A DNA stretch of 64,000 nucleotides from Patescibacteria group bacterium (GCA_022703645.1 JAKLDG010000001.1:75756-139755); one strand, 5' to 3'; positions 38,787 through 49,538 are shown, numbered from the stretch's first letter. Notes: a model not told the origin generated them from the letters alone. A program made the numbers and translations.

Positions 38787-38902
38787 AAATTTTCAATTCT
38801 CAATTTCCAATCAATGTCTCAATTTTCCAATTTCTAAAAAGTTAATTCATTGATTCATTGAAAATTCAATGAAAATTGTAAATTGTAAAATTGAAAATTT
38901 CC
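38787..38902. repeat. MITE-like AT-rich palindromic repeat, copy flanking the GerMN gene (upstream side)
   Basis: See 37729..37854. It abuts the DUF456 stop codon. Confidence 0.8.
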
Positions 38903-39388
38903 TTATTTATTTATTACAAAAAAGACAAAAAGGAAAACGAATATTACGGCTAAAACTAATGTTGCAACCATACCCACAATTGACCCAATCAATCCACCCG
39001 TGGCAGCTTTGGCCGCCCTTTCTTTGTTTCCATGATTGAGAATCTCAGCGACCAAAATTCCAAGGAATACTCCCACAAGTCCGCCGAAAGGAGGAAGCAG
39101 AAGCGTTCCGATGATCATACCGATGATTCCAAAAAACATCGATTTCTGCGCTGCTCCTCCATACTTGGCTCCAAGCATTCCAGTTAGGTAATCATTAAGC
39201 ATAGATATTAGGGCGATGCCTGCTAAAACTCCCAATTCCCATGGTTGTAATCTTTCAAACTTATCAATAAACCCATAAATAAGGGAAATTATAAACATAT
39301 AAAGCAGCCCTGGGATAGGAAGAAATATACCAGCAAAACCAGGTAGGAGAAGAATGACAAAACCAATAAATATAATCATTTGGCTCAT
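38903..39388 (-). CDS. DUF456-family membrane protein
   Basis: Four-transmembrane protein with the PGFAGIFLPIPG and GGLVG motifs typical of DUF456. Confidence 0.6.
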   Translation of the reverse strand: MSQMIIFIGFVILLLPGFAGIFLPIPGLLYMFIISLIYGFIDKFERLQPWELGVLAGIALISMLNDYLTGMLGAKYGGAAQKSMFFGIIGMIIGTLLLPPFGGLVGVFLGILVAEILNHGNKERAAKAATGGLIGSIVGMVATLVLAVIFVFLFVFFVINK

Positions 39389-39416
39389 GGTTTCATTTTA
39401 GACCACAATCTTTTAT

Positions 39417-40337
39417 TTATTTCTTATAATATTTAATTACATCCTTAACATCTTTTGCTGTTACTCTTGGAGTTTTGATTTTTTTCTTATCAACATTTTC
39501 CAGTTTTACCTTTGCGCAAGCTTCGTCGATCAGATCGATGGCTTTATCGGGATAATTTCTATCTTTAAGGTATATTTTTGATAAGCTGATTGCTGCGTTA
39601 ATGGCTCCATCTTCAATTATCACATTATGGAATTTCTCAAATTTTGCGCGGCTTCCCATTAAAATCTCTTTAGTGTCTTTCGCATTTGGTTCATCCACAT
39701 AAACGGGTTGAAAACGTCGCTCCAGCGTTACGTCGCTTTTGATATATTTATCAAATTCACCTGCTGTTGTAGCACCAACCATCTGTAAATCTCCACGGGC
39801 AAGGGCGGGTTTGAAAATATCCTCTGCTTTAATAGCGCCTTCTGCGCCGCCGGCGGAGATTAACATGTGCACTTCATCGACGAAAAGAATAATACTTCTG
39901 TTTGCTGAAGTAATTTCTTGCATTAATTTTTTAACTCTTTCTTCAAATTCACCGCGGTATTTCGTTCCGGAAACCATTTCAGAGATATCCAGAACATAAA
40001 CTTTTTTATCTAATAATTCCTGAGGAACCTGCCCGGCTGCAATTTTTTGCGCTAATCCTTCTACGATTGCCGTTTTACCAACACCGGCTTTACCGATCAG
40101 AATAGGATTGTTTTTTGACCTTCGGGAAAGGATTTGGATAACGCGCGTTATCTCATCTTTTCTGCCGATTACCGGATCAAGTTTTCCTGATTTTGCGAGT
40201 TGGGTTAGTTCTTTGGTGAACATTCCTAAAACTGATCCACCACCTTTAAAGCTATCTTTTTTATAAATTATAATAAATATGATAGTGGCTATTACGAATA
40301 CTACAATCCCCGGATTTAGGCTTGATAGAAATTCCAT
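39417..40337 (-). CDS. membrane-anchored AAA+ ATPase resembling the D1 domain of ClpA/ClpB (Hsp100)
   Basis: N-terminal transmembrane helix, Walker [10 protein letters not shown], Walker B ILFVDEVH and a sensor region. There is no second AAA domain and no ClpP-binding loop. Confidence 0.65.
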   Translation of the reverse strand: MEFLSSLNPGIVVFVIATIIFIIIYKKDSFKGGGSVLGMFTKELTQLAKSGKLDPVIGRKDEITRVIQILSRRSKNNPILIGKAGVGKTAIVEGLAQKIAAGQVPQELLDKKVYVLDISEMVSGTKYRGEFEERVKKLMQEITSANRSIILFVDEVHMLISAGGAEGAIKAEDIFKPALARGDLQMVGATTAGEFDKYIKSDVTLERRFQPVYVDEPNAKDTKEILMGSRAKFEKFHNVIIEDGAINAAISLSKIYLKDRNYPDKAIDLIDEACAKVKLENVDKKKIKTPRVTAKDVKDVIKYYKK

Positions 40338-40368
40338 TTTCTCTCCTTTTAATTTTTGTATTTATTTT

Positions 40369-41469
40369 TTAGATTCCCGAAAAAGCAATCGTAACGGTCA
40401 TGTTTGATTCTTTGAAATTATCGTATTTTTGTCCAACGTAGAATATTGTATTGAATGTAATATTGTTTCCGGATTTTGCAATATTGGAAATCTCAAGCCT
40501 ATTATATTCGCTTCTTGCTCCAGAGTAGCTACCGGTAGTTCTTTTTGTTTTTGAATCCCAAATGGCAGTGTAATTCGTATAGTTCGTTTTCAGATTAATA
40601 TTTACCGCCAGACGACTCTTACTTAGCAAACTACTTGGTATTGGCGCGGTGTGGCTGACAATCTTTGTGCTACTTAATCCAGTACAATTATTTTTTGTCA
40701 AGAATGCTAAGCCAGTATTATCTGTTGGGCAGGCGCCTCCTTTTCCTGATACCGGTTTTAATTCGTATGTACAAGTAATGGTATTGCCACTTGATTTACA
40801 TACAGAGCTTGCACTCGATCCAGGAGTGGTTATGGTCCCAGCGTTAGGCGCTATTATAACACCATTATTAGTAGTATTTGTTGTAGGGGCGATAATTGAA
40901 CCCTCGCTTTTCTGGTTAGTGCTTACGCTGGCGCAGGTGCTTGGAGGCACGGGTCCATAGATAGTTTTTTGTGTTCTATTTCCGTTAAAATATCCTTGCG
41001 TAGGTTTATTCCAACTTTTTATCCATGTCCAGTCATTATAATAGGTTTTTGTTTCGCCCCATTTCTTTTTATAATATACGCGGGCTGAAGCACCTGTTAC
41101 ATTACCTTTTTTATCAGTTGTTTTCATAACAGTGATAGCTTTCATATAAAATGAATATGGCCCTTCACCATAGCTAGTATATGTTGAGCCGCTCATTGTG
41201 GCTGTCGGGCTGGCCATAGGGTAGTATTTCTTGAGTTCATTTGTGACGTCACAATTCGTGATAGAGGCAAGAGGATCTGAATTGTTTTTAACTGTGAAGG
41301 GAATTGTCTTATTCGTTGTCGCCTGAGTTTTAATTTTTGCTTGCGCCGCAGGAGTTAGTTTGATCGTTGCTGCTGCATAAGATAGTCCCGCAATACCAAG
41401 TATAGCTGCGCCAACCAAAATAGTGGTTTTTGTCGTTACTTTCGTTTGTAATTTTTGTTTTTTTGACAT
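40369..41469 (-). CDS. secreted Thr/Ser/Asn-rich hypothetical protein
   Basis: Signal/anchor at the N-terminus, low-complexity and Cys-containing. No recognised domain. Confidence 0.45.
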   Translation of the reverse strand: MSKKQKLQTKVTTKTTILVGAAILGIAGLSYAAATIKLTPAAQAKIKTQATTNKTIPFTVKNNSDPLASITNCDVTNELKKYYPMASPTATMSGSTYTSYGEGPYSFYMKAITVMKTTDKKGNVTGASARVYYKKKWGETKTYYNDWTWIKSWNKPTQGYFNGNRTQKTIYGPVPPSTCASVSTNQKSEGSIIAPTTNTTNNGVIIAPNAGTITTPGSSASSVCKSSGNTITCTYELKPVSGKGGACPTDNTGLAFLTKNNCTGLSSTKIVSHTAPIPSSLLSKSRLAVNINLKTNYTNYTAIWDSKTKRTTGSYSGARSEYNRLEISNIAKSGNNITFNTIFYVGQKYDNFKESNMTVTIAFSGI

Positions 41470-41601
41470 GCCAAAATATTAATAATATTAACAGGTATTT
41501 CCTGCTTACGATCATTGTATATTCTGTGTGAGTTTAGTCAAGAGGTAAAAACAATTAAACAAAAAAGAAAAAAACAAGAAAACAAGAATTCAGAAAAAAG
41601 A

Positions 41602-42006
41602 TTAAGAGCCGCGTATTTTTTTGGCAGTTTCTTCAAGAGAAGTATCCTTGAAATCACTTTTTGGCCAGGTGTCGAGTCCATCATTTGTAAATCGCGGAAT
41701 GATATGGAAATGGAGATGAAAAACTGTTTGTTGAGCATCAATCCCGCTGGCATTCATCAGATTTACTCCTGTTGCGCCAAGGTCTTGCTTTATTAAACTT
41801 GAAACCTTTTTCAGCGCAGCAGTTATTTCTTTCAAATATTCATCATCTGCATCAAAGATATCCATGCAGTGCTTTTTGGGGATTACCAATGTGTGGCCTT
41901 TTGCAATAGGGTTAACATCTAAGAAAGCTAATACGTGATCGTTTTCCCAGATCTTGTGAGCTGGGATTTCTCCTGCAACGATTTTACAAAAAATACAATT
42001 TTCCAT
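41602..42006 (-). CDS. HIT-family (histidine triad) hydrolase
   Basis: HLHFHIIPR histidine triad. The start is at MENCIFCKIV; the longer ORF would overlap the upstream gene. Confidence 0.8.
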   Translation of the reverse strand: MENCIFCKIVAGEIPAHKIWENDHVLAFLDVNPIAKGHTLVIPKKHCMDIFDADDEYLKEITAALKKVSSLIKQDLGATGVNLMNASGIDAQQTVFHLHFHIIPRFTNDGLDTWPKSDFKDTSLEETAKKIRGS

Positions 42007-42049
42007 TTTTATTAAATTATTAATATTATCTTTTTGCTTTATTGTTTTC

Positions 42050-43762
42050 TTAATTAATTGTCTTAACCATATATGTATCTTCAAGTTTATATCCGATTTT
42101 TTTATAATATTCACGCGCTCCAACTCCGGAAATTACAGCGATTTTTTTATAACCCGCTTTCCTCGCTATTTGTTCAGCTTGGACAATTAAATTCTTACCA
42201 AGTCCCTTATGCTGCTTCGCGTCTTCTCCGATTTGTCCAACGTCGAGAGCCTGACCATATGTATGGACTTCACGAATGATAGCGGTTTCTGTAGGGGCAG
42301 GTTTGAAACCTGCCCCTACGGGTAGGCGTAACCGTAATAATGCATATAAATGAGAATGATTATCAATAAGTTCAAGGAATACTTCTTCACCGCCGGAGGC
42401 ATTGTATTCGATCTTATTTAATTTGGGCGTATACAATACGCCCCTACGAGATATTTTTGTTTTGTTGATTTCTTGTTCATTTGTTTCTTTGTCCTTGATT
42501 TCACGGCAACGGATACACTGGCACTGCCAACCCTCTTTTTGCGAATGATTATCAATAAGCTGTCTTAGATTTGTGGTTTTATTCCCTGCGATGATACTCT
42601 CTTCTGGAATATCGCGGATGAGGCGGCTGATGCGAACATATGGCGGAATGATCTTTTTTATATCACAAATTAGCTTTAGAAGTTGTTTATCTGTGTAGGC
42701 TTTATATTTTTTTTCTTTCCAGAGTTTATACAGATCAGAATCTTTGACAACAACGCAGGGATAAATTTTCAACTGATCCGGCTGGAAGTCTTGGCTAGAA
42801 AACAGGTCTTTAAACATTTGTAGGTCTTTCTTCAGATTTGAACCATAGAGTCCCGGCATCATATGATAGGAAACTTTAAATCCAAAGTCCTTCATAAGTT
42901 TGGTAGCGCGGATAGTTTCAGATACATCGTGTCCTCTGCGGTTCTTTTTCAACACTTCATTGTAGATACTCTGAACACCAATCTCGATACGGGTTGCGCC
43001 CATATCACGAAATTTCACAAGTTCTTTTTCAGTAATCAGATCAGGACGAGTTTCGAGAGTGAGACCGATAACTCGAGATTTGGTGGATTCATTTTTTGAT
43101 TGTTCAATCTGTAGCTGTCGTTTTAGTTCAACTAAATTCAACTTGCTATCTTGATATCTTGTTATCTTGTTTTTTTTCTTCTTTTGATAATTGATCATTG
43201 GGAATTGATTGAAAATTGAAAATTGAAAATTGTTGCAAGCCCTATAACATTCTTTCACAAACCAATATTGGTATTTAGTAGGCAGAGCATTAAAACTTCC
43301 TCCCATGATAATCAACTCAATCTTGTCCGTGGAGTGCCCGGATTTTTCGAGCGCAGTGAGACGAATTTCAATTTGGCGATAAGGATCAAAATCTGCGAGA
43401 ATAGCGCGCATCACAGCAGGCTCATTGGACAAATAAGATTTAGGCATATTCTTTTCGGTTGGACAATATAAACAATTTCCCGGGCAACCGTATTCCTTAG
43501 TCAGCACGGAAACAACGGCTACTCCCGAAAGGGTGCGCATTTTTGCTTTTCGCAATAATCTTTCAATATCTGAGTTTTTCTTAACCTTTTTCTTTTTCAG
43601 TAATTCTTCATAAACCTGAGTTAGCCCGTAGTTTGGCAGAGAATCTATCTTAAACTGCGTACTAATCTCGTTTTTCAGTATCATAAAATCGCGCAGCTTT
43701 GTTATTCCCCGTTCGCAAGCGCGAATAATCAGTTCTTGTTTTGCATTATTTATACTCTGCAT
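42050..43762 (-). CDS. Elp3-like radical-SAM plus GNAT protein (tRNA wobble-uridine modification family), with in-frame repeat insertions
   Basis: CPGNCLYCP radical-SAM cluster motif and a C-terminal GNAT domain (QHKGLGKNLIVQAEQIARKAGYKKIAV). The insert NNFQFSIFNQFP derives from the 7-mer repeat. The insert VGAGFKPAPT is encoded by the GC hairpin at 42291..42319. Confidence 0.75.
   Translation of the reverse strand: MQSINNAKQELIIRACERGITKLRDFMILKNEISTQFKIDSLPNYGLTQVYEELLKKKKVKKNSDIERLLRKAKMRTLSGVAVVSVLTKEYGCPGNCLYCPTEKNMPKSYLSNEPAVMRAILADFDPYRQIEIRLTALEKSGHSTDKIELIIMGGSFNALPTKYQYWFVKECYRACNNFQFSIFNQFPMINYQKKKKNKITRYQDSKLNLVELKRQLQIEQSKNESTKSRVIGLTLETRPDLITEKELVKFRDMGATRIEIGVQSIYNEVLKKNRRGHDVSETIRATKLMKDFGFKVSYHMMPGLYGSNLKKDLQMFKDLFSSQDFQPDQLKIYPCVVVKDSDLYKLWKEKKYKAYTDKQLLKLICDIKKIIPPYVRISRLIRDIPEESIIAGNKTTNLRQLIDNHSQKEGWQCQCIRCREIKDKETNEQEINKTKISRRGVLYTPKLNKIEYNASGGEEVFLELIDNHSHLYALLRLRLPVGAGFKPAPTETAIIREVHTYGQALDVGQIGEDAKQHKGLGKNLIVQAEQIARKAGYKKIAVISGVGAREYYKKIGYKLEDTYMVKTIN
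42291..42319. repeat. GC-rich hairpin GTAGGGGCAGGTTTGAAACCTGCCCCTAC located in-frame inside the Elp3-like CDS
   Basis: Perfect 13-bp stem. The same sequence occurs after priA at 13936..13963. Confidence 0.75.
43195..43243. repeat. 7-mer repeat segment (AATTGAAAATTGAAAATTGAAAATTG) in-frame in the Elp3-like CDS
   Basis: Its orientation matches the gene strand, so it is read as NFQFSIFNQF. Confidence 0.7.
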
Positions 43763-43841
43763 ACTTCTTATTTTACCACTTTCTCTTGCAAAAACCAGTA
43801 GTTAAAGTAAAATTAAGGAAATATTAGTAATAATTATATAT

Positions 43842-45185
43842 ATGAAAAAAATTGTTTTAGTTTTTGCTTTGCTTGCAGCAGTTTTGATTCCAATGGCAGC
43901 CAAGGCCGATGGGGGGATTATGCCGCCGCCAAACTACTGGATTCATGAGACGGATCAAAAGGCAGTTATCGTTTCAGAAAATGGGGTTGAGACATTAGTT
44001 CTATCGACTAGTTTTCAGGGAGATGCCAAAGATTTTGCTTGGATTGTGCCAACTCCAAGCAAACCGGAAGTGATGAAGGGCGCAGTGAAGATTTTTGAAG
44101 CGCTGGAAGATTATACCCGCGTTTCTTATGGTGATGGCAGGATTTATAATAGTCTGCCGCTTGGGTTAGAGTCTTCAGTACCAGCTCCGGCAGTTAATGT
44201 CATCGAAGAAAAAAAGATTGGTATTTATGATATCACGGTTTTGGAAGCCAATGACAAAGAAGCGCTTTATACTTGGCTCAAAGAAAAAGGCTACAATTAT
44301 CCTGAATATGGCAAGACTATTTTGGACGATTATATCCAAAACAGGTGGTTCTTCACGGCAGTAAAAATAAATTCGCAAGATCTGGCCTACGCTTCGGTAG
44401 ATCTCAAAAGCGGTACTATTACACCGCTAAAACTGGTTTTTGCTACGGATAAAATAGTGTATCCATTGAAAATTTCTTCTATCACTATGGCAAACCCGAA
44501 AGTAAACGGTGATACACCTGTGAGCTCAATAGAAAGTTCGTCCAGTAGTGGAACAGCAACTAACACAAAAGAAATAGTTGCGGTACCACCAAATACAGTT
44601 ATCCCAAGCAATTATATGGATGTAAAATTGTATGTTTTTGCCGATCACAAAAAACAGATTGACGGATTTACGACTAAATACGCGAACTGGGTGGATGCAA
44701 AAACGATTTCCGGATTTGCTCTCGATGATAATGGAAATGCTTGGTATTCTCCAAAAAAAGAGATGTTTCTAACAGTGCTTTATGATAATATGAGTACCCG
44801 CGATATGAAGACTGACGTATTTCTGACAAATGCGCAGGATAATGATACTATCCCGCCTTCGCAGTTCTGGGTGTATGTATTAGCCACAATTGCCGTACTA
44901 TTAATTATTATTATTTCTCCATTTGGGCTTTTCTATATTATTCTAATGCTCTTGGTGATTTTCCTTAGATCTAAAATAACTAAGATATTCTTCTTATTAT
45001 TCCAAGGAATAATTGCCCTATTTGGCGTGGTAGTATCGATAGTACTTTCCTTTGAGCTAGGCCAAGGATATTCTGACCCTTATAGCTCCCTGCCAGTATT
45101 AATTGCTGCTGCGTTAACAACGGTTGCTATGGTTGTAGGTATGGTATTGGAAATAGTTCTAGGAAAGAAAAAAGGTAAATTATAA
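43842..45185 (+). CDS. secreted/membrane hypothetical protein (signal peptide, C-terminal transmembrane helices; possibly DUF2330-like)
   Basis: Signal peptide MKKIVLVFALLAAVLIPMAAKA, a central beta-rich region and three C-terminal transmembrane helices. Confidence 0.45.
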   Translation: MKKIVLVFALLAAVLIPMAAKADGGIMPPPNYWIHETDQKAVIVSENGVETLVLSTSFQGDAKDFAWIVPTPSKPEVMKGAVKIFEALEDYTRVSYGDGRIYNSLPLGLESSVPAPAVNVIEEKKIGIYDITVLEANDKEALYTWLKEKGYNYPEYGKTILDDYIQNRWFFTAVKINSQDLAYASVDLKSGTITPLKLVFATDKIVYPLKISSITMANPKVNGDTPVSSIESSSSSGTATNTKEIVAVPPNTVIPSNYMDVKLYVFADHKKQIDGFTTKYANWVDAKTISGFALDDNGNAWYSPKKEMFLTVLYDNMSTRDMKTDVFLTNAQDNDTIPPSQFWVYVLATIAVLLIIIISPFGLFYIILMLLVIFLRSKITKIFFLLFQGIIALFGVVVSIVLSFELGQGYSDPYSSLPVLIAAALTTVAMVVGMVLEIVLGKKKGKL

Positions 45186-46970
45186 TTTCGATCCGCTAAA
45201 GCTTCCATTACAACCAACACTGACTCCTTGGGTGCTTACATGAACAGTGAATGTACCGGAAACGCTGGTGCCATTAAAATTAAATATCTGCTGAACGGTT
45301 CCCATGCCGGAAAGATTCATTGACCAAACGGCTCTACCGCTGGAATTGATTTTTGCGCTCTGACCATCTCCAAAGTACACAACATTATTTTTGACGGTCA
45401 AACTATCATCGAATACTCCAAGGTTTCCAAGATTAACGCCTGGTACATTTGTGCCACAGTTTCCGTAGCTGTATCTTACGTTGTAATTACCGTTAAAAGA
45501 AACTGGCGTTGGAGTTGGTGTTGGGCTTGGATTTGGGTTTGGAGTAGGAATTATTTTTGGGACCACCACAGGAGCTTTTGGAACCAGTCCAAGTTCTGGA
45601 CAACCAGTACCACCACCGGCATAAGTTCGTCCGGAATAAGTCATAAATTCCCAGCATCCGCCGATTTTGCAATTATATCCACCTTCGGTGGTTGGTAGTC
45701 TTTCTTTGGTCAAAGAAGATGGGTCAGGATCTCCGCCACGCGATTTACAACTATTCCGGAAAGCTTCAACTCTCGGAGGAAATTGAGGCGCTACATTTGG
45801 TTCTGCCGGAGTGATTCCTACGCCACCTAATGGAAGAACGTCTAAACCCTCTCCAATCGGTTGAAAAGAATTGTTCCAATCAGCAGTAGTCGTTTCAGGC
45901 GCAGCTGGTCCGACAGTATAATTTTTCTGCGCAATAGCTCTGGCTTTGCCAACCGAATCTCTAGATTGAGCAAGACAAATGCTTTTACCTCCGCTAGTTG
46001 GGAAACAAATGCTTCTTGTTCGTATTACCGCAGCACCGGTTCGAGTTGCCGCATAGGCAGGAGTTACGATAGTTCCTTGCGCGTAAGATTGGTAAGTCTC
46101 TATAGAAGTGAAAAAATGATCGAGCGTGGTAAGACGCGCAGCAATAAAGCGCAATTTGTCCCGATTCTGATTTTTCAGAGCATCGAGTCCTAAATCTCTC
46201 AATGTTGCAATGTCCTCTACATTATTTCCAAATAAACCCCTGATCCATGAATCAGAAACCAGAATCTCAAATTTTTCCGGTTCATCTGATAGAGCTGTCC
46301 AGCTAGCATAATCTTTCGCGCCGACAATTTTATCCGCCCATGCCGATACGGAATCAACGTAGCCTTTCAATTCTGAAGGATAAGAAACTTCATTCAATCG
46401 CGTTTTTTCTGCCGCCGCAGCATCAGTAACGTTTTGCAGCGTTACTCCGGAAACTGGCAGCGATCCCTGTTTCATAATTGTATCGCCAAGCAATTTTGCT
46501 GCGGAAATTTCAGTGACTTTATCTTGGATAAAACTAACTCTGCTCGCAATTTGGTTATATTTGTATGAGCGGTATGATAGAAATGATACCAAAATAACCA
46601 ATATCAACAAAACTAAAGCAATCAAGGCAATCTTCGGTTTTTTTATCCCGGCTTTAACCAATTTTTTTATTAATGCAAAAATACCGATCACTATAAATAC
46701 AATCAATGCAATCCCAATCAATCCATAAATAGCACTTTGCTGATCGTTAGAAGACATAATTAGGTAAGGGACCACCATTATGATTAAAAAAATACCCAAA
46801 GCAACAAGACACCCATTCCCTTGTTTCTTTTTTTTCGCGAGAACCGCTTTATCATCAACTGTTTTAATGTCTTCTTTCTTCTCTCCCGCATCTTTTTTTA
46901 CAGGATCACCGCACTTCGGACAAAATTTTGATTGCGCCGAAATTTTTGCACCGCAATTAGAACAAAACAT
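45180..46970 (-). CDS. zinc-ribbon membrane protein with a large extracytoplasmic domain and a Pro/Thr linker
   Basis: N-terminal CSNCG...CPKCG zinc ribbon, two transmembrane helices, a PTPNPNPSPTPTPTP linker and a beta-rich C-terminus. Confidence 0.5.
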   Translation of the reverse strand: MFCSNCGAKISAQSKFCPKCGDPVKKDAGEKKEDIKTVDDKAVLAKKKKQGNGCLVALGIFLIIMVVPYLIMSSNDQQSAIYGLIGIALIVFIVIGIFALIKKLVKAGIKKPKIALIALVLLILVILVSFLSYRSYKYNQIASRVSFIQDKVTEISAAKLLGDTIMKQGSLPVSGVTLQNVTDAAAAEKTRLNEVSYPSELKGYVDSVSAWADKIVGAKDYASWTALSDEPEKFEILVSDSWIRGLFGNNVEDIATLRDLGLDALKNQNRDKLRFIAARLTTLDHFFTSIETYQSYAQGTIVTPAYAATRTGAAVIRTRSICFPTSGGKSICLAQSRDSVGKARAIAQKNYTVGPAAPETTTADWNNSFQPIGEGLDVLPLGGVGITPAEPNVAPQFPPRVEAFRNSCKSRGGDPDPSSLTKERLPTTEGGYNCKIGGCWEFMTYSGRTYAGGGTGCPELGLVPKAPVVVPKIIPTPNPNPSPTPTPTPVSFNGNYNVRYSYGNCGTNVPGVNLGNLGVFDDSLTVKNNVVYFGDGQSAKINSSGRAVWSMNLSGMGTVQQIFNFNGTSVSGTFTVHVSTQGVSVGCNGSFSGSKL

Positions 46971-47146
46971 AAGTTTTAATTTACTTATAAATATATTAAA
47001 TTACTTACGTTTATTCTATCATAAAATAAAAAATAGTTGTAAATGGTTTATTATAAAAAAATCAGCTGCCATTCTTCTCTTCCGGTTTAAGTTCGGTGCA
47101 CCAGAGAATTTCGCAAAGAAAATTCTTTTTTGGTATAATGAGAGTT

Positions 47147-47869
47147 ATGGAAAATATTAAAGACGATATTCGAAAAGGATACGATATTATTTCAAGAAGT
47201 TTCTGTCATACCAGAAACTATCTTTGGCGTGAGATGGAGCCGATTCGGGATTTAGTTACTGAAGGCGAAGTGCTGGATCTTGGATGTGGAAATGGGAGGC
47301 TTTATGAACTCTTTGCTAATAATCCGAAAATTCAATACACGGGAGTTGATTTCAGCGAAAAATTAATCGAATTTGCAAGATCGCGCTATGTTACAAAAGA
47401 CTTTGAGAGCAAAAGAAAAGACTTACCAGAGCAGAAAGGTCCGACGCCAAAGTTTATCATCGCAGATATTACAGAATTTGAAATTAAGCCGAAGACCTAT
47501 AATCTGATTGCGCTAATAGCTTCATATCATCATATCCCTGATAGGAAAGAGCGCTTGGAATTATTAAAAAAAGTTCATGATGGTTTGAAAGAAAACGGAA
47601 CGGCTATTATTACCATCTGGAATCTATGGAATAGCAAAACGATTCTAAAAGTTTTAGATTCCTGGAAAAGAAAAATATTGAGGCAAGAGAGAGGTGGGAT
47701 GTTTGATATTTTCTATCCTTTCAATGATAATGGCACGATTGTTTACCGCTATTATCGGATGTTTAGCAGGCGAGCTATTCGAAAAGAATTAAAAAAGTAT
47801 TTCATTATTACGAAAGAGGAGAAATGGAAGAAGGGGCAGAACCTGCCATTTTATTTAAAAGCCAAGTAA
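47147..47869 (+). CDS. class I SAM-dependent methyltransferase
   Basis: VLDLGCGNGR motif I. The start is at the ATG 7 nt after TGGTATAAT; the longer ORF begins at 47096. Confidence 0.7.
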   Translation: MENIKDDIRKGYDIISRSFCHTRNYLWREMEPIRDLVTEGEVLDLGCGNGRLYELFANNPKIQYTGVDFSEKLIEFARSRYVTKDFESKRKDLPEQKGPTPKFIIADITEFEIKPKTYNLIALIASYHHIPDRKERLELLKKVHDGLKENGTAIITIWNLWNSKTILKVLDSWKRKILRQERGGMFDIFYPFNDNGTIVYRYYRMFSRRAIRKELKKYFIITKEEKWKKGQNLPFYLKAK

Positions 47870-47939
47870 AGGCAGGATATTGGATATTGAATATTAGACA
47901 TTTTGGTTTACAATAGTTCTGTGGTAAACATTAAATTTT

Positions 47940-49538
47940 ATGCAAAAAGTTATAGATAAGATATCACAAGTTGGGAGTAATGCGATTATTATCGCGGCGG
48001 CTTCTTTGGCCAGCCGTCTGCTTGGAATTTTCCGAGACAGAGTTCTGGCTTCCGAATTTGGCGCAGGACAAACACTAGATACATATTATTCTGCTTTCAG
48101 GATTCCTGATCTGATTTTCAATCTTCTAATTCTTGGCGCTTTATCATCGGCGTTTATACCGGTTTTTTCAAAATTATTCTTCAAAGATGAAAAAGCGGCT
48201 TGGAAAATGGTGGGGAATTTCATTAATGTGGTTTTAAGCGTTCTCGTGGTTGCAATGATAGTGGTTTTTATTTTTGCGCCTTGGTTAATGAAGTTAATTA
48301 GTCCCGGATTTAATACGGTTCAACTCGAGGACGTTACCATGCTTACCCGCATAATGCTTCTCTCCCCGCTTTTCTTTGCGGTTTCATCAATTATCGGTGG
48401 AGTACTAAATAGCCTTGGCCGTTTCTTTGTTTACTCGCTGGCACCGATACTTTATAACATTGGTATAATAATCGGCGCGCTGTATCTGGTTCCGCTCTGG
48501 GGAATTTCAGGTCTTGCTTGGGGAGTGGTGTTTGGAGCAATGGCGCATATGTTGGTTCAAACTCCGACATTTTTCAAAGCCGGATTTAGAATTCAGAAAG
48601 TATTTGATTATAAAGAAAAATATCTTTTGAGAATTATAAAATTGATGCTGCCGGTTACTATTGGGCTGGCGGTCGTGCAAATAAATCTACTGGTTGACAA
48701 TATTATCGGTTCGACACTGGAGAATGGAAGCATCGCGATCATAAATCTGGCAACGAATATTATTAGTATGCCGGTTGGGCTGGTGGGAATATCATTTGCG
48801 GTGTCGGTTTTTCCGGTTCTCTCTTATGCGTATTCGCAGAAAAAGGAAGATGTTTTTGTCGAAAATTTTGTCAGTACTTTCAAAATGATACTATTCCTCA
48901 TTATTCCATCGATGATTTTTGCAATTATTTTCCGCGCGCATATCGTGCGTATATTACTTGGTGCCGGTCTTTTCAATGTGAGCAACACTATTTGGACCAG
49001 CCGTACTCTCGGATACATGGCATTCGGATTAGTAGCGCAAGCCTTGATACCATTCTTGACTCGTGCTTTTTATGCTTCAGGAGATACCAAGACTCCGGTA
49101 AAAATAGTTTTTATTTCCGTGTTAGTGAACGTTGTTGCGAGCATTTTCTTTACCAAAGTTCTTGATTACAAAGTAGTGGGGTTAGCTCTTTCTGCTACGA
49201 TCGCAGCTTTTGTAAATGTATTTTTCCTGCTAGGGCTCTTAACGAAAAAATTTCATCATATTGATTTCAATAGACTTTTTATGGCAACAGGGGAATATCT
49301 GGCTTTCAGTATAATTGCCGGGCTGGCTTCTTATGGAACGCTATATTTTATCGAGCCTTATTTCTATACGATCCGAACCATCGGTCTGATTGGTCAGACA
49401 GCAATAGCAGTCTTCGTCGGAGTATTCGTCTATTTACTCCTATCAACTATTTTCAAATCAAAAGAAGCGCAGAAATTTACGGACTCTTTTGCGGGAATTT
49501 TCAGGAGGTTGTCGGGAATAGGTAAAGAATTGGGGTAG
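47940..49538 (+). CDS. murJ: lipid II flippase MurJ (MviN)
   Basis: 14-transmembrane MOP-superfamily protein (AASLASRLLGIFRDRVLASEFGAG). Confidence 0.85.
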   Translation: MQKVIDKISQVGSNAIIIAAASLASRLLGIFRDRVLASEFGAGQTLDTYYSAFRIPDLIFNLLILGALSSAFIPVFSKLFFKDEKAAWKMVGNFINVVLSVLVVAMIVVFIFAPWLMKLISPGFNTVQLEDVTMLTRIMLLSPLFFAVSSIIGGVLNSLGRFFVYSLAPILYNIGIIIGALYLVPLWGISGLAWGVVFGAMAHMLVQTPTFFKAGFRIQKVFDYKEKYLLRIIKLMLPVTIGLAVVQINLLVDNIIGSTLENGSIAIINLATNIISMPVGLVGISFAVSVFPVLSYAYSQKKEDVFVENFVSTFKMILFLIIPSMIFAIIFRAHIVRILLGAGLFNVSNTIWTSRTLGYMAFGLVAQALIPFLTRAFYASGDTKTPVKIVFISVLVNVVASIFFTKVLDYKVVGLALSATIAAFVNVFFLLGLLTKKFHHIDFNRLFMATGEYLAFSIIAGLASYGTLYFIEPYFYTIRTIGLIGQTAIAVFVGVFVYLLLSTIFKSKEAQKFTDSFAGIFRRLSGIGKELG

